A stretch of DNA of 63,970 nucleotides, filler included. It is 4 parts of 4 records of this genome, joined end to end, with 100 filler letters (N's around TTAATTAATTAA, not from the genome) between each part and the next. Parts side by side here need not be neighbours in the genome. Positions count along the whole stretch, not along the records: positions 1 to 25,072 come from SRR20825006_40; positions 25,173 to 36,875 come from SRR20825006_43; 2 more parts are not named here. The stretch is one strand, 5' to 3'. How positions within the stretch are numbered: the first letter of the stretch is position 1; each line of letters starts with the position of its first letter. A program made the translations under genes and the position numbers. The notes beneath the pieces are model-generated. The model saw nothing but the letters and a program-made list of their open reading frames with translations. It did no database searches and was not told where the DNA came from. Below, piece by piece: positions 18,842 through 28,325 of the stretch.

Positions 18842-19330
18842 TTAAGGATTGAAACCAGCCATAATTGAAATAAGCACACCAGAGTCGTTAAATTCTAATA
18901 TACAACTAGTGTCGTAGTTGGTTTTTGCAACTGAATCTTTATAATAAATGTAGTATGGGCTTCCAGGCCCAGCATCTTCAAAATGCACTAATTTATCACC
19001 AAGAATCGACTTTACTTCACTTAAAGACTTTCCCATGATTTTTTGGCTTACTCCATCTAATTTTGCATCAATATCAAAGGTTTTTATCTTCCATACTATT
19101 TGAGGATCCTCACTATTATCGACAAAAGTTATTTCCAACTCTTCAATATTATTATAGTTTACCATTGCTTGATCAAAATCACCAAAAAAGTTTATTGGTG
19201 TAATAATTTTTTCTAATTCTGAATAGGTCATCCCTAGCTTTATATCCTTATAGCCTTTGTCATTAAATTGTCCATAGCTAGAAATGCTTGCCGTAAGTAA
19301 AAAGGCGAATGCGAAAATTTGTGTTTTCAT
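18842..19330 (-). CDS. Exported hypothetical protein, BLIP/BamE-like repeats (paralog A2)
   Basis: Shares GQFNDKGYKD, MGK.LSEV...LGDKL, IYYKDS.AK.NY..SC and terminal NP with 18306-18788. Confidence 0.75.
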   Translation of the reverse strand: MKTQIFAFAFLLTASISSYGQFNDKGYKDIKLGMTYSELEKIITPINFFGDFDQAMVNYNNIEELEITFVDNSEDPQIVWKIKTFDIDAKLDGVSQKIMGKSLSEVKSILGDKLVHFEDAGPGSPYYIYYKDSVAKTNYDTSCILEFNDSGVLISIMAGFNP

Positions 19331-19388
19331 AATTTTAAATTTTTATCAATTAATATAAATGATGTTATTGTTGCTTTAGAATTACACT

Positions 19389-20264
19389 TTACTTAATTCG
19401 TGTTTGCGTACTTGTATTATTAAAGTCTGCCATAAGAATTACTGCATCCTTTTCTTGAGACCATTTGTCTGGATTGTTCATGATGGTACTCATAGCTGTA
19501 TTTAGAAGATAAATATATTCATTTGCACTACCGTTAATTTTATAGGCTGTGGCATTTTTAGTATCTTCTCTCACGGTCTTGGTTCGAGCGCTATCATAAG
19601 TAATGTTGTAGTTTTTCACCAAGGTGCCACCTTCGTAGTATTTAAAATTGTACTCGCTGTTTTCTTTCAGCATGTTTAATTGAAAATAGGTACTACTAGG
19701 CATAGTTTGCCATGCGCTCCATGCTGCCCAGGTTCCTTTTATGTATTTTTGGGTAGCCTTAAAACTAATTTTATAATTTTTAGGCGCCATTGTCACTGTA
19801 TTTGCAGTATAAACAATAGCGTTACCTATGTCGTGTTCCCACAAATAAATTTGCGCTTTAGTGGTAGACTTCCACAGGTAAGGATTGTTTGTAATTTGTT
19901 TTAAGTTTAAATTCTCGGTCCATAAATAGTTTTTAGAATTATCATATTTATACGCCGTTATATTGTTATTGGAAGATTGTTTGCGTTTTGATTCTGTTTC
20001 TGCAGCATCATAAGTTACTCTATCTGTGTACATATCGCCACCTTCATATAGCTTTATTTCATATGTACCACCACTAATATGTTTTACAGTTAAAGTTGGG
20101 ATTGCTCCATAAACTTCTTTTTCAGAATCCCATTTTGATGGCCAGCTTTCCCACTTTCCATTTTTAAGTTCAATAGACCTAGAGTATGGTAAATCGACAC
20201 GCACCTGTGCTGTAATCATTGTGGTGCACATAATTATGATACAAGAAATTATAAGTTTTTTCAT
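19389..20264 (-). CDS. Exported hypothetical protein with two copies of a Trp-rich domain (paralog B1)
   Basis: Signal peptide; WxxWxxW/WxxWxxxW, YEGG, YD.A.T...R, AYK pattern occurs twice. Confidence 0.75.
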   Translation of the reverse strand: MKKLIISCIIIMCTTMITAQVRVDLPYSRSIELKNGKWESWPSKWDSEKEVYGAIPTLTVKHISGGTYEIKLYEGGDMYTDRVTYDAAETESKRKQSSNNNITAYKYDNSKNYLWTENLNLKQITNNPYLWKSTTKAQIYLWEHDIGNAIVYTANTVTMAPKNYKISFKATQKYIKGTWAAWSAWQTMPSSTYFQLNMLKENSEYNFKYYEGGTLVKNYNITYDSARTKTVREDTKNATAYKINGSANEYIYLLNTAMSTIMNNPDKWSQEKDAVILMADFNNTSTQTRIK

Positions 20265-20392
20265 TTTATTGAAATTTGTTTAATCACTAATTATTTATTG
20301 AATATTAAAAAACGTAAAGCAGTTTTTGGTAAATCCTATTTCTTAAGACAACGTTTTACTTTTCTACGTTTTTTAAACTTTCCTTTTTCTTT

Positions 20393-20875
20393 CTATTTGT
20401 TGTGTTTATATAAATATGCACTACCAAGATCGTTATACCATATGTATATTCTGGAATTTGCTTTAGAAGTCCATGTAGATTTGCTGCTAACAATTTGAGG
20501 CAGTGTAACATTTTCTGTCCAGAGGTAGTTTCTAGATTCGTAATACTTATATACCGTTATATTGTCGTTACCGTTTTTTTTGCGTACTCTTTTTGTTTCT
20601 GCCGCATCAAAGTGTACTGTTTCTGTGAAAATACCACTGGCAGAACCACCTTCGTATAACGATACTTCAAAAGTGCCGAGATTGATTTGCTTTATACTTA
20701 ATATTGGAGTGAAGCCGTTAAGCTCTTGTTGAGAGTCCCATTTTGTAGGCCATTTTTCCCAAACACCATTTTCAAATTCAATAGATCTTGAGTACGGTAG
20801 GTTAATAGATACTTGGGCTGATGCAAACGTAACAGCCATTAAAAACACGAACGATGTTAAGAATATTTTTTTCAT
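20393..20875 (-). CDS. Exported hypothetical protein, single Trp-rich domain (paralog B2)
   Basis: Shares AQV...LPYSRSIE..NG.WE.WP.KWDS, LYEGG, DAAET, NYLWTEN with 19389-20264. Confidence 0.75.
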   Translation of the reverse strand: MKKIFLTSFVFLMAVTFASAQVSINLPYSRSIEFENGVWEKWPTKWDSQQELNGFTPILSIKQINLGTFEVSLYEGGSASGIFTETVHFDAAETKRVRKKNGNDNITVYKYYESRNYLWTENVTLPQIVSSKSTWTSKANSRIYIWYNDLGSAYLYKHNK

Positions 20876-20931
20876 TTTAATTTGGGGTTTAAATTCAGTT
20901 ACAAACTTCCGGCAATTGCATGACGTTGTTT

Positions 20932-20946
20932 TAGTGGTTAACCCTA
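20932..20946 (-). promoter_or_regulatory. Imperfect inverted repeat upstream of the exported-protein run; candidate response-regulator box
   Basis: Minus strand TAGGG-TTAAC-CACTA, about 25 nt upstream of a -7-like AAGTTTG. Confidence 0.35.
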
Positions 20947-21043
20947 TTTAATTTTTTTGGTGTTTTTGTGAAGAACGAATCAATTTTTAAATAGTCGGTG
21001 CCATTACACAAAAGTGTTTAAATTTGTAGCTCTATTCTACGTT

Positions 21044-22144
21044 ATGGCTGAACATCTTTTTCTTGCATCCAAATATGATTACAATCTAACTTCTGGAAGC
21101 ATTTCTTGGCAAGCGCCAAGTAATATTGCTTTGGTAAAATATTGGGGAAAGTATGGTGAGCAATTACCAATGAATTCCTCTGTTAGTTTTACATTGAAAA
21201 ACTGCAATACAAAAACAACGCTTTCTTTTGAAAAACTTTCGATAGCTAAAACATCAAGCAATGAAAAATTTGACTTTGAAGTTTATCTCGATGGAAAAAA
21301 AGAAGAAAGTTTTAAACCAAAGATTAGTACGTTTTTTGAACGAATTGAACACTATATACCTTTCTTAAAAACGTATAAGTTTACAATTGAAACCTCCAAT
21401 AGCTTTCCGCACAGCAGTGGTATTGCATCCTCCGCAAGTGGAATGAGTGCTTTAGCTTTGTGTTTAATGGATCTGGAACGACAGATGAAGCCAGAAATTA
21501 CAGAAGATTATTTTATTGAAAAGGCATCTTTTCTTGCCAGATTGGGTTCAGGTAGCGCTTGTAGAAGTGTTGAAGGGCCTTTAATAGTATGGGGCCAACA
21601 TCCCGAAATTGAAGGCAGTACGAATCTTTTTGGAACAAAATATCCATTTGAAGTACATGAGAACTTTAAAAGGTATCAAGATACTATTTTGTTAGTTGAT
21701 AAAGGAGAAAAGCAAGTTAGCAGTACTGTTGGGCACGACTTAATGCACAATCATGTATTTGCAAAACAACGTTTTCAGCAGGCTAAGGATAATCTTTCAA
21801 AGCTACTTCCTGTTTTTAAAAAAGGTATGCTTTCTGAATTTATAAAAATTGTAGAAAGCGAAGCATTGTCGCTTCACGCAATGATGATGACCTCGATGCC
21901 GTATTTCATATTAATGAAGCCGAATACCCTTGAAATCATCAACCGAATTTGGAAATTCCGTGAAGAAACGGAGAGTAAAATTTGCTTTACATTAGATGCT
22001 GGCGCAAATGTTCATGTGCTCTATCCAGAAGCTGAAAAGGAAATAATTTTGAAGTTTATAAATGAAGAGCTTTCAGGTTTCTGTAAGAATAAAGAGTTTA
22101 TTACAGATGAAGTTGGTTTCGGGGCTCAAAAAATTTTAAGCTAG
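21044..22144 (+). CDS. mvaD: Diphosphomevalonate decarboxylase
   Basis: APSNIALVKYWGK, GIASSASG, ARLGSGSACRS, FTLDAGANVH; ATG at 21044 after TAAATTTG. Confidence 0.92.
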   Translation: MAEHLFLASKYDYNLTSGSISWQAPSNIALVKYWGKYGEQLPMNSSVSFTLKNCNTKTTLSFEKLSIAKTSSNEKFDFEVYLDGKKEESFKPKISTFFERIEHYIPFLKTYKFTIETSNSFPHSSGIASSASGMSALALCLMDLERQMKPEITEDYFIEKASFLARLGSGSACRSVEGPLIVWGQHPEIEGSTNLFGTKYPFEVHENFKRYQDTILLVDKGEKQVSSTVGHDLMHNHVFAKQRFQQAKDNLSKLLPVFKKGMLSEFIKIVESEALSLHAMMMTSMPYFILMKPNTLEIINRIWKFREETESKICFTLDAGANVHVLYPEAEKEIILKFINEELSGFCKNKEFITDEVGFGAQKILS

Positions 22145-22317
22145 CCTTTTTATCTCTTTAATCGATTTAACTTCTTTAGAATAGGCATTAAATTGTATGT
22201 CAGTGTATTTCTTCACAAAATTTTCTGATTTTATAATTGGTAAAACCGTTATCTTTGTGCCTAAATACATTTTTTAAGCTAAAAATCTGTACTTTTATAA
22301 ATACAACTAAATAGTAT

Positions 22318-23256
22318 ATGCGAGGCCCCCTTTTTTACTCAAAGATTTTGCTTTTTGGCGAATACGGAATTATTAAAGATTCTAAAGGTCTTTCTATTCC
22401 ATATAATTTTTACAACGGGGCACTAAAAATAGATGTACATCATACTATTTCTACACACAAATCAAACGAAAGTCTTAAAAGGTTTGCTTCCTATTTAGAG
22501 AATCTACAAACTGAAAACCCTGAGATTGTTTCCTTTGATATGGAAAGCTTAAAAGCCGATGTAGCAAATGGTTTGTATTTTGATAGTAGCATTCCACAAG
22601 GATATGGTGTTGGTAGTAGTGGTGCGCTAGTTGCTGCTATTTATGACAAATATGCGACTGATAAAATTACAGTTCTAGAAAACCTTACACGTGAAAAATT
22701 GCTTAGTTTAAAGGCTATTTTTGCAGCAATGGAATCTTTTTTCCACGGAAAATCTTCAGGCCTCGACCCATTGAACAGTTATTTAAGTCTTCCAATACTT
22801 ATTAACTCTAAAGATAATATTGAACCTGCTGGAATTCCTTCTCAAACTGAAAATGGTAAAGGAGCAGTGTTTTTATTAGATAGTGGAAGCACTGGCGAAA
22901 CTGCACCAATGGTTCAGATTTTCATGGAAAATATGAAACAAGAAGGGTTTCGAAACATGCTTAAAGATCAATTTGTAAAACATACTGATGCCTGTGTAGA
23001 AGATTTTCTTCAAGGCGATGTAAAATCACTTTTTGGAAATATTAAGCAACTTTCGAAAGTAGTTTTAGATAATTTTAAACCTATGATTCCTGCACAATTC
23101 CATAAACTTTGGAAAAATGGAATTGATAGTAATGCCTACTATCTTAAACTTTGTGGCTCTGGCGGAGGTGGATATATGCTTGGGTTCACAGAGAATATTG
23201 ATGAAGCACGCAAAGCATTGAAAGATTATAAGCTGGAAGTAGTTTATAATTTTTAG
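22318..23256 (+). CDS. mvk: Mevalonate kinase (GHMP family)
   Basis: SKILLFGEY, PQGYGVGSSGA, SSGLDP, KLCGSGGGG. Confidence 0.88.
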   Translation: MRGPLFYSKILLFGEYGIIKDSKGLSIPYNFYNGALKIDVHHTISTHKSNESLKRFASYLENLQTENPEIVSFDMESLKADVANGLYFDSSIPQGYGVGSSGALVAAIYDKYATDKITVLENLTREKLLSLKAIFAAMESFFHGKSSGLDPLNSYLSLPILINSKDNIEPAGIPSQTENGKGAVFLLDSGSTGETAPMVQIFMENMKQEGFRNMLKDQFVKHTDACVEDFLQGDVKSLFGNIKQLSKVVLDNFKPMIPAQFHKLWKNGIDSNAYYLKLCGSGGGGYMLGFTENIDEARKALKDYKLEVVYNF

Positions 23257-23302
23257 AGTATCTGACTGAAAATTTCTTTCAGTTTTCCTCAATTTTAAAA
23301 AT

Positions 23303-24214
23303 ATGTTTACCCGAAAACAAAAACACTTTCTTCTTAAGTTTTTCAGCTTGTTTTCCGTGGTTCGTGGTTACAATATTTTAATTATTGTAATTGCACAGTA
23401 CTTAACCAGTATATACATTTTTGCGCCCGAATTGCCTGTTCGTGAAGTTTTATTTGATGTAAACTTGCTTATGTTGGTGCTTGCATCCTCTTCTGCAATT
23501 GCAAGTGGATATATTATCAATAGTTTTTACGACAGTGAAAAAGATCTAATAAACAGACCTCGTAAAACAATGTTAGATAAACTTGTGAGCCAGCGCACAA
23601 AGCTATCAGCCTATTTTATACTTAATTTTCTTTCCGTTTTTTTTGCGAGTTATGTTTCTTTTAGAGCAGTTTTGTTTTTCTCGGTATATATCTTTATGCT
23701 GTGGTTTTACTCACATAAACTTAAAAAATACCCATTTATAGGCAATATAAATGCTGCAATATTAGCGGTTGTTCCTTTTTTCGCTGTTTTTGTACACTAT
23801 GGTAATTTTGATGTAGTAATTTTTGTACACGCTACCTTTCTGTTTTTACTTATTTCAATGCGCGAATTGGTAAAAGATCTTGAAAATATAAAAGGCGATT
23901 TAACGCATGGTTATAAAACTATTCCGGTGGTGTATGGAGAAAAAACCTCAAAAAAAATGTTGACTTTTATTAGTGTTTTAACATTGGTGCCTGTTTTTTT
24001 ACTGATAACAAGATTTAATGTAGAAATAGGCTATATGGACTATTATTTTTATACGAGTATTGCTGGATTGGCAGTTTTTCTTACTGTTTTATGGTACTCA
24101 AAAAATAAAATACATTACATAATTTTACACAATATTCTAAAGTTTGCCATCGTCCTTGGGGTATTTAGTATTGTTCTTATCCATTTGGAATCATTGACAA
24201 ACAAACTTTTTTAA
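23303..24214 (+). CDS. UbiA-family prenyltransferase (geranylgeranylglycerol-phosphate geranylgeranyltransferase-like)
   Basis: IN.FYD.EKD.INRP, YS..LK, RELVKDLEN.KGD...GY.TIP; multi-TM. Confidence 0.85.
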   Translation: MFTRKQKHFLLKFFSLFSVVRGYNILIIVIAQYLTSIYIFAPELPVREVLFDVNLLMLVLASSSAIASGYIINSFYDSEKDLINRPRKTMLDKLVSQRTKLSAYFILNFLSVFFASYVSFRAVLFFSVYIFMLWFYSHKLKKYPFIGNINAAILAVVPFFAVFVHYGNFDVVIFVHATFLFLLISMRELVKDLENIKGDLTHGYKTIPVVYGEKTSKKMLTFISVLTLVPVFLLITRFNVEIGYMDYYFYTSIAGLAVFLTVLWYSKNKIHYIILHNILKFAIVLGVFSIVLIHLESLTNKLF

Positions 24215-24283
24215 AGAGCATAAAGCAGAAATAATATAGAAAAGGAGCTAAAGCTTTTCAAGAAATAAATTTTATTTTTTCTA

Positions 24284-24826
24284 TCAACCAATTCTCTTCA
24301 GTTTTACAAACAAGTCCCAAACAACAACACCTACACTTACTGAAATATTCAACGAATGTTTGGTGCCAAATTGTGGGATTTCAATAACCACATCACTTGC
24401 AGTAACTACTTTTTGTTGCACACCTTTTACCTCATTTCCAAAAACTATGGCGTAGGTCAATTCTTTCTGAGTAGAAAAATCATTTAAGTTTACAGCTAGT
24501 TCAGTCTGTTCAATGGAAGCGACAAAAATACCTTCGCTTTGTAGTTTTGAAACTACATCGAGCGTGTTTTCAGCATATTCCCAAGTTACACTCTCCGTGG
24601 CGCCCAAAGCAGTTTTTTGAATATCCTTATGTGGCGGTTGTGCCGTTATGCCACAGAGGTAAATTTTCTTCACTAAAAAAGCATCAGCAGTACGAAAAAC
24701 AGAACCAATATTGTTCAAGCTTCTAATGTTGTCAAGAATAATTATTAGCGGTGTTTTTTCTGAAGCTTTGTATTCTTCTGGATTAATTCGATCTAATTCG
24801 CTGTTTTTTAGTTTTCGATACTTCAT
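24284..24826 (-). CDS. TrmH/SpoU-family RNA methyltransferase
   Basis: LDNIRS..NIGSVFRTADA, FGNEV.G, IP..GTKHSLNISV. Confidence 0.9.
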   Translation of the reverse strand: MKYRKLKNSELDRINPEEYKASEKTPLIIILDNIRSLNNIGSVFRTADAFLVKKIYLCGITAQPPHKDIQKTALGATESVTWEYAENTLDVVSKLQSEGIFVASIEQTELAVNLNDFSTQKELTYAIVFGNEVKGVQQKVVTASDVVIEIPQFGTKHSLNISVSVGVVVWDLFVKLKRIG

Positions 24827-24961
24827 AAGTAGGCAAAGTTATAGGTAAATCTGATAACGATGAAATAGAATTGTTGATAAAACAAAATAATTCACAATCA
24901 CTTCATTTTAAAGAAAACAGCATTTTGGTTACATTTATCGGTTCAAGAATATTTTTGATAT

Positions 24962-25072
24962 ATGGCGAAGAAGGAAACCCCATTAATGAAGCAGTATAAC
25001 ACGATTAAGGCGAAGTATCCTGATGCTTTGTTGCTGTTTCGTGTAGGCGATTTTTACGAAACTTTTGGGGAA
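24962..25072 (+). CDS. mutS: DNA mismatch repair protein MutS, N-terminal 37 codons (cut by contig end; not in ORF track)
   Basis: Translates [37 protein letters not shown]. Confidence 0.92.
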
Positions 25073-25172
25073 NNNNNNNNNNNNNNNNNNNNNNNNNNNN
25101 NNNNNNNNNNNNNNNNTTAATTAATTAANNNNNNNNNNNNNNNNNNNNNNNNNNNNNNNNNNNNNNNNNNNN
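25073..25172. other. Artificial contig spacer
   Basis: 44 N + TTAATTAATTAA + 44 N. Confidence 0.98.
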
Positions 25173-25200
25173 CTGACTTCTGACTTCTGACTTCTGACTT
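25173..25200. repeat. Heptamer tandem repeat (CTGACTT)x4 at contig edge
   Basis: Directly visible; abuts the zwf stop codon. Confidence 0.9.
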
Positions 25201-26733
25201 CTAACAGATTACGCAATACCCTGGATCATCTGCCAAGTTTTCCGAAGGATTTCTCCAATAACCATCTTCCTCGATTAAATCGTCTGCATTTTCGGGTCCC
25301 CATGCACCTGCGGCATAACCGTACATTCTAACGTCCTTACCTTTTTCCCAATAGTTAAGAATCGGGTCAACAAATTCCCAGGCCGCTTCTACCTCATCGG
25401 CACGTGCATACAACGTAGCATCACCTTGCATGGCATCCAACAACAAGCGTTCATAGGCTTCCATTACATAGGTTTCGGCCAAGTTGGCATAATAAAAATC
25501 CAAATTGGCCCGCTCTACCTTAAAGCCTTGACCGGGAACTTTTACCCCAAACTTAATCAGGATTCCCTCATCAGGTTGGATACGGATAATCAATTTATTA
25601 TCCATTTCCTGCATTTCTGAACCCTTAAAAATTTGATGGTGCGGTTTTTTAAAGTGAATCACGATTTCGGTCACCTTGGTGGGCATCCGTTTAGCGGTCC
25701 GTACATAAAATGGGACGCCGTGCCAGCGCCAATTGTCCACATAAAATTTAATGGCCGCATAAGTCTCAGTAGTGGAATTGGGGTCCACCCCATCTTCCTC
25801 TCGATATCCCTTAACATCCTTTCCATCTATTTTGGATGCCACGTACTGGGCCCTTATCGTATTCTCAAAAAGCTCCTTTTCGTCCGTCATCACACGTAAC
25901 GACTTTAACGCTTTTACCTTTTCATTTCGGATTTCTTCCGCATCTGCACCGATTGGTGGCTCCATTACCACCAACGAAACTATTTGTAATAAGTGGTTTT
26001 GGAACATATCACGGAGCGCACCTGATTTATCATAATAGCCACCGCGCTTCTCTACCCCAACACTTTCCGCATTGGTCACCTCGACCCGCTGAATGTAATT
26101 TCGGTTCCAAAGGGGTTCGAAAATGCTATTGGAGAATCGGGTCACCAAGAGGTTCTGCACGGTCTCTTTTCCGAGGTAATGATCTATTCGGTAAATCTGA
26201 TGCTCCTTAAAATATTTGTGCAGTCCTTTGTTTAATTTTTGGGCCGTCTCCAAGCTATAGCCAAAAGGTTTTTCCACAATCAAGCGTTTCCAGCCATTGT
26301 TCTGTGTATTCATCCCCGCATCGGACAGATTGTGGGAAACCGTCTCGTACAAGGTCGGCGGAGTGGAAAGGTAGTAGATTATGTTTCCCGAGGTATCGTG
26401 TTTTTCTTTCAATGCCTCTACCCGTTTTCTCAAAGGACCATAATCCGTATCGTAACTATCGCCCAAATCCTCGTAATATAACTTGTCCGCAAAACCTTTT
26501 ACCTTGTCTTTGTCAATATCCTTGGTTTTTTCGGTCAAATACTTGCTTTCATAAACCACGCGATTACGGAAAGCCTCATCCGAAAGGTCGCTGCGGCTTA
26601 CACCGAGTACCACAAAATTCTCAGGCAGTTGTTTGGCCAAGTATAGGTTGAATAAGGAAGGTATCAATTTTCTAGCGGTCAAATCACCCGATGCCCCAAA
26701 AATAACGAGCATCTGATTATCGGTCTTTTTCAT
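25201..26733 (-). CDS. zwf: Glucose-6-phosphate 1-dehydrogenase
   Basis: GASGDL, EKPFG, YRIDHYLGKETVQN. Confidence 0.97.
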   Translation of the reverse strand: MKKTDNQMLVIFGASGDLTARKLIPSLFNLYLAKQLPENFVVLGVSRSDLSDEAFRNRVVYESKYLTEKTKDIDKDKVKGFADKLYYEDLGDSYDTDYGPLRKRVEALKEKHDTSGNIIYYLSTPPTLYETVSHNLSDAGMNTQNNGWKRLIVEKPFGYSLETAQKLNKGLHKYFKEHQIYRIDHYLGKETVQNLLVTRFSNSIFEPLWNRNYIQRVEVTNAESVGVEKRGGYYDKSGALRDMFQNHLLQIVSLVVMEPPIGADAEEIRNEKVKALKSLRVMTDEKELFENTIRAQYVASKIDGKDVKGYREEDGVDPNSTTETYAAIKFYVDNWRWHGVPFYVRTAKRMPTKVTEIVIHFKKPHHQIFKGSEMQEMDNKLIIRIQPDEGILIKFGVKVPGQGFKVERANLDFYYANLAETYVMEAYERLLLDAMQGDATLYARADEVEAAWEFVDPILNYWEKGKDVRMYGYAAGAWGPENADDLIEEDGYWRNPSENLADDPGYCVIC

Positions 26734-26898
26734 AGTTTTTTCGTTTTCTGGCGAGTTTACGCTCCTATCGGCACATTGATTTCAATATGACGTCAATATT
26801 TTTGAGCATCACGAATATAAGGTTTATTTTAGGTTCGTAATTCAAGAAACATCAACCTTAGTGATGTCTTAACACCTAAGAAGAAGAAAAAAAATAGA

Positions 26899-28308
26899 AT
26901 GGCAGACACGTATGATTTTGGCCTTGTGGGCCTTGGAGTAATGGGACGTAATTTTATTTTGAATGTTGCCGATAACGGATTTACAGCATTCGGAAATGAT
27001 TTGGATGAAGAAAAAGTAAGTGCATTGATCAAAGAAGGCGGCAATCCTGACAAAGTCAATGCTACTTCCGATGTTAAAACCTTTGTACAGTCTTTGACAA
27101 CTCCCAGAAAAATAATGTTATTGGTGCCTGCCGGAAAAATAGTGGACAGCGTAATCGAAGGGTTGTTGCCGCACTTGGACCAAGGCGATATTATTATTGA
27201 TGGAGGAAACTCCTTTTATACTGATACCGACCGTCGCGAAGCTTATTTAAAAGAAAAAGGAATCAACTTTTTTGGTGCTGGTGTCTCTGGCGGGGCCGAA
27301 GGTGCCCGAAAAGGACCAAGCATTATGCCTGGCGGTTCCAAGGAAGCCTACCAACATGTAAAGCCTATTTTTGAAGCTGTTTCGGCCAAATACGAAGGAG
27401 AACCTTGCGTGGCGTATCTGGGCCCGAAATCGGCAGGGAACTACGTAAAAATGGTCCACAACGGCATCGAATACGGTTTGATGCAGCTGACTTCCGAAAT
27501 TTATGACCTTCTCAAAAAAGCAGGCGGACTTACCAACGATGAGCTCCACAAAACCTATTCCGACTGGAATGAAGGTCGGTTGCAATCCTTTTTGGTGGAA
27601 ATCACTTCGGAAATCTTTGATCAAAAAGATGATTTGTCCGACAACGACCTTGTGGATATGATCTTGGACAAGGCCAAACAAAAGGGAACCGGAAAATGGA
27701 CATCCCAAAACGCCATGGATTTGGGCATTCCCGTACCTACAATTGATATCGCAGTAAGTATGCGTGAAATCTCTGCACTTAAATCGGAGCGTATCAAAGC
27801 GGACGAATTGTACGACCGCCCTGCCCCAAAAGCGGTGGACAAGCAAGATTTTATAGCAAAAGCTGAGCAAGCCTTGTATTTCGCCTTCATCATTACCTAT
27901 GCACAAGGCATGCACCAATTGGCCGATGCCTCCAAGGAATACGGTTACGAACTGGAACTGGGCGAAATCGCAAAAATTTGGCGTGCCGGCTGTATTATCC
28001 GTGCCGCGCTATTGGCCGATATTACCGAAGCCTACCAAGCGGATAAAGAGTTGCAGAACCTGTTGCTCTCTCCTTCTTTTGTGGAAAAAGTGCAAAGCAC
28101 GGTGAATGCTGCCAGGGAATTGATCAGTTATGGAGCAGCCAATGGTATTCCGTTGCCAGGATTGTCCAATGCCCTCACCTATTTTGATGCCTACACCAGT
28201 AGTCGTTTGCCGTTGAACCTGATTCAGGCGCAGCGCGATTATTTTGGGTCTCATACCTACGAGCGTTTGGATCGCGAAGGTATTTTTCATACGGAGTGGG
28301 AACGATAA
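26899..28308 (+). CDS. gndA: NADP-dependent 6-phosphogluconate dehydrogenase, decarboxylating
   Basis: GLGVMG, SGGAEGA, KMVHNGIEY, QKGTGKW, QAQRDYFG.H. Confidence 0.97.
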   Translation: MADTYDFGLVGLGVMGRNFILNVADNGFTAFGNDLDEEKVSALIKEGGNPDKVNATSDVKTFVQSLTTPRKIMLLVPAGKIVDSVIEGLLPHLDQGDIIIDGGNSFYTDTDRREAYLKEKGINFFGAGVSGGAEGARKGPSIMPGGSKEAYQHVKPIFEAVSAKYEGEPCVAYLGPKSAGNYVKMVHNGIEYGLMQLTSEIYDLLKKAGGLTNDELHKTYSDWNEGRLQSFLVEITSEIFDQKDDLSDNDLVDMILDKAKQKGTGKWTSQNAMDLGIPVPTIDIAVSMREISALKSERIKADELYDRPAPKAVDKQDFIAKAEQALYFAFIITYAQGMHQLADASKEYGYELELGEIAKIWRAGCIIRAALLADITEAYQADKELQNLLLSPSFVEKVQSTVNAARELISYGAANGIPLPGLSNALTYFDAYTSSRLPLNLIQAQRDYFGSHTYERLDREGIFHTEWER

Positions 28309-28325
28309 ATTAACCATCAAAGCAT

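Noticed and set aside
25117-25128. TTAATTAATTAA palindrome, repeated at 36920 and 51121
   Set aside because: Artificial spacer centred in N-runs, not biological
27247-27918. 223-aa antisense ORF inside gndA, and other shadow ORFs in zwf, S9 and amidohydrolase genes
   Set aside because: Expected by-product of codon bias opposite conserved genes; no motifs
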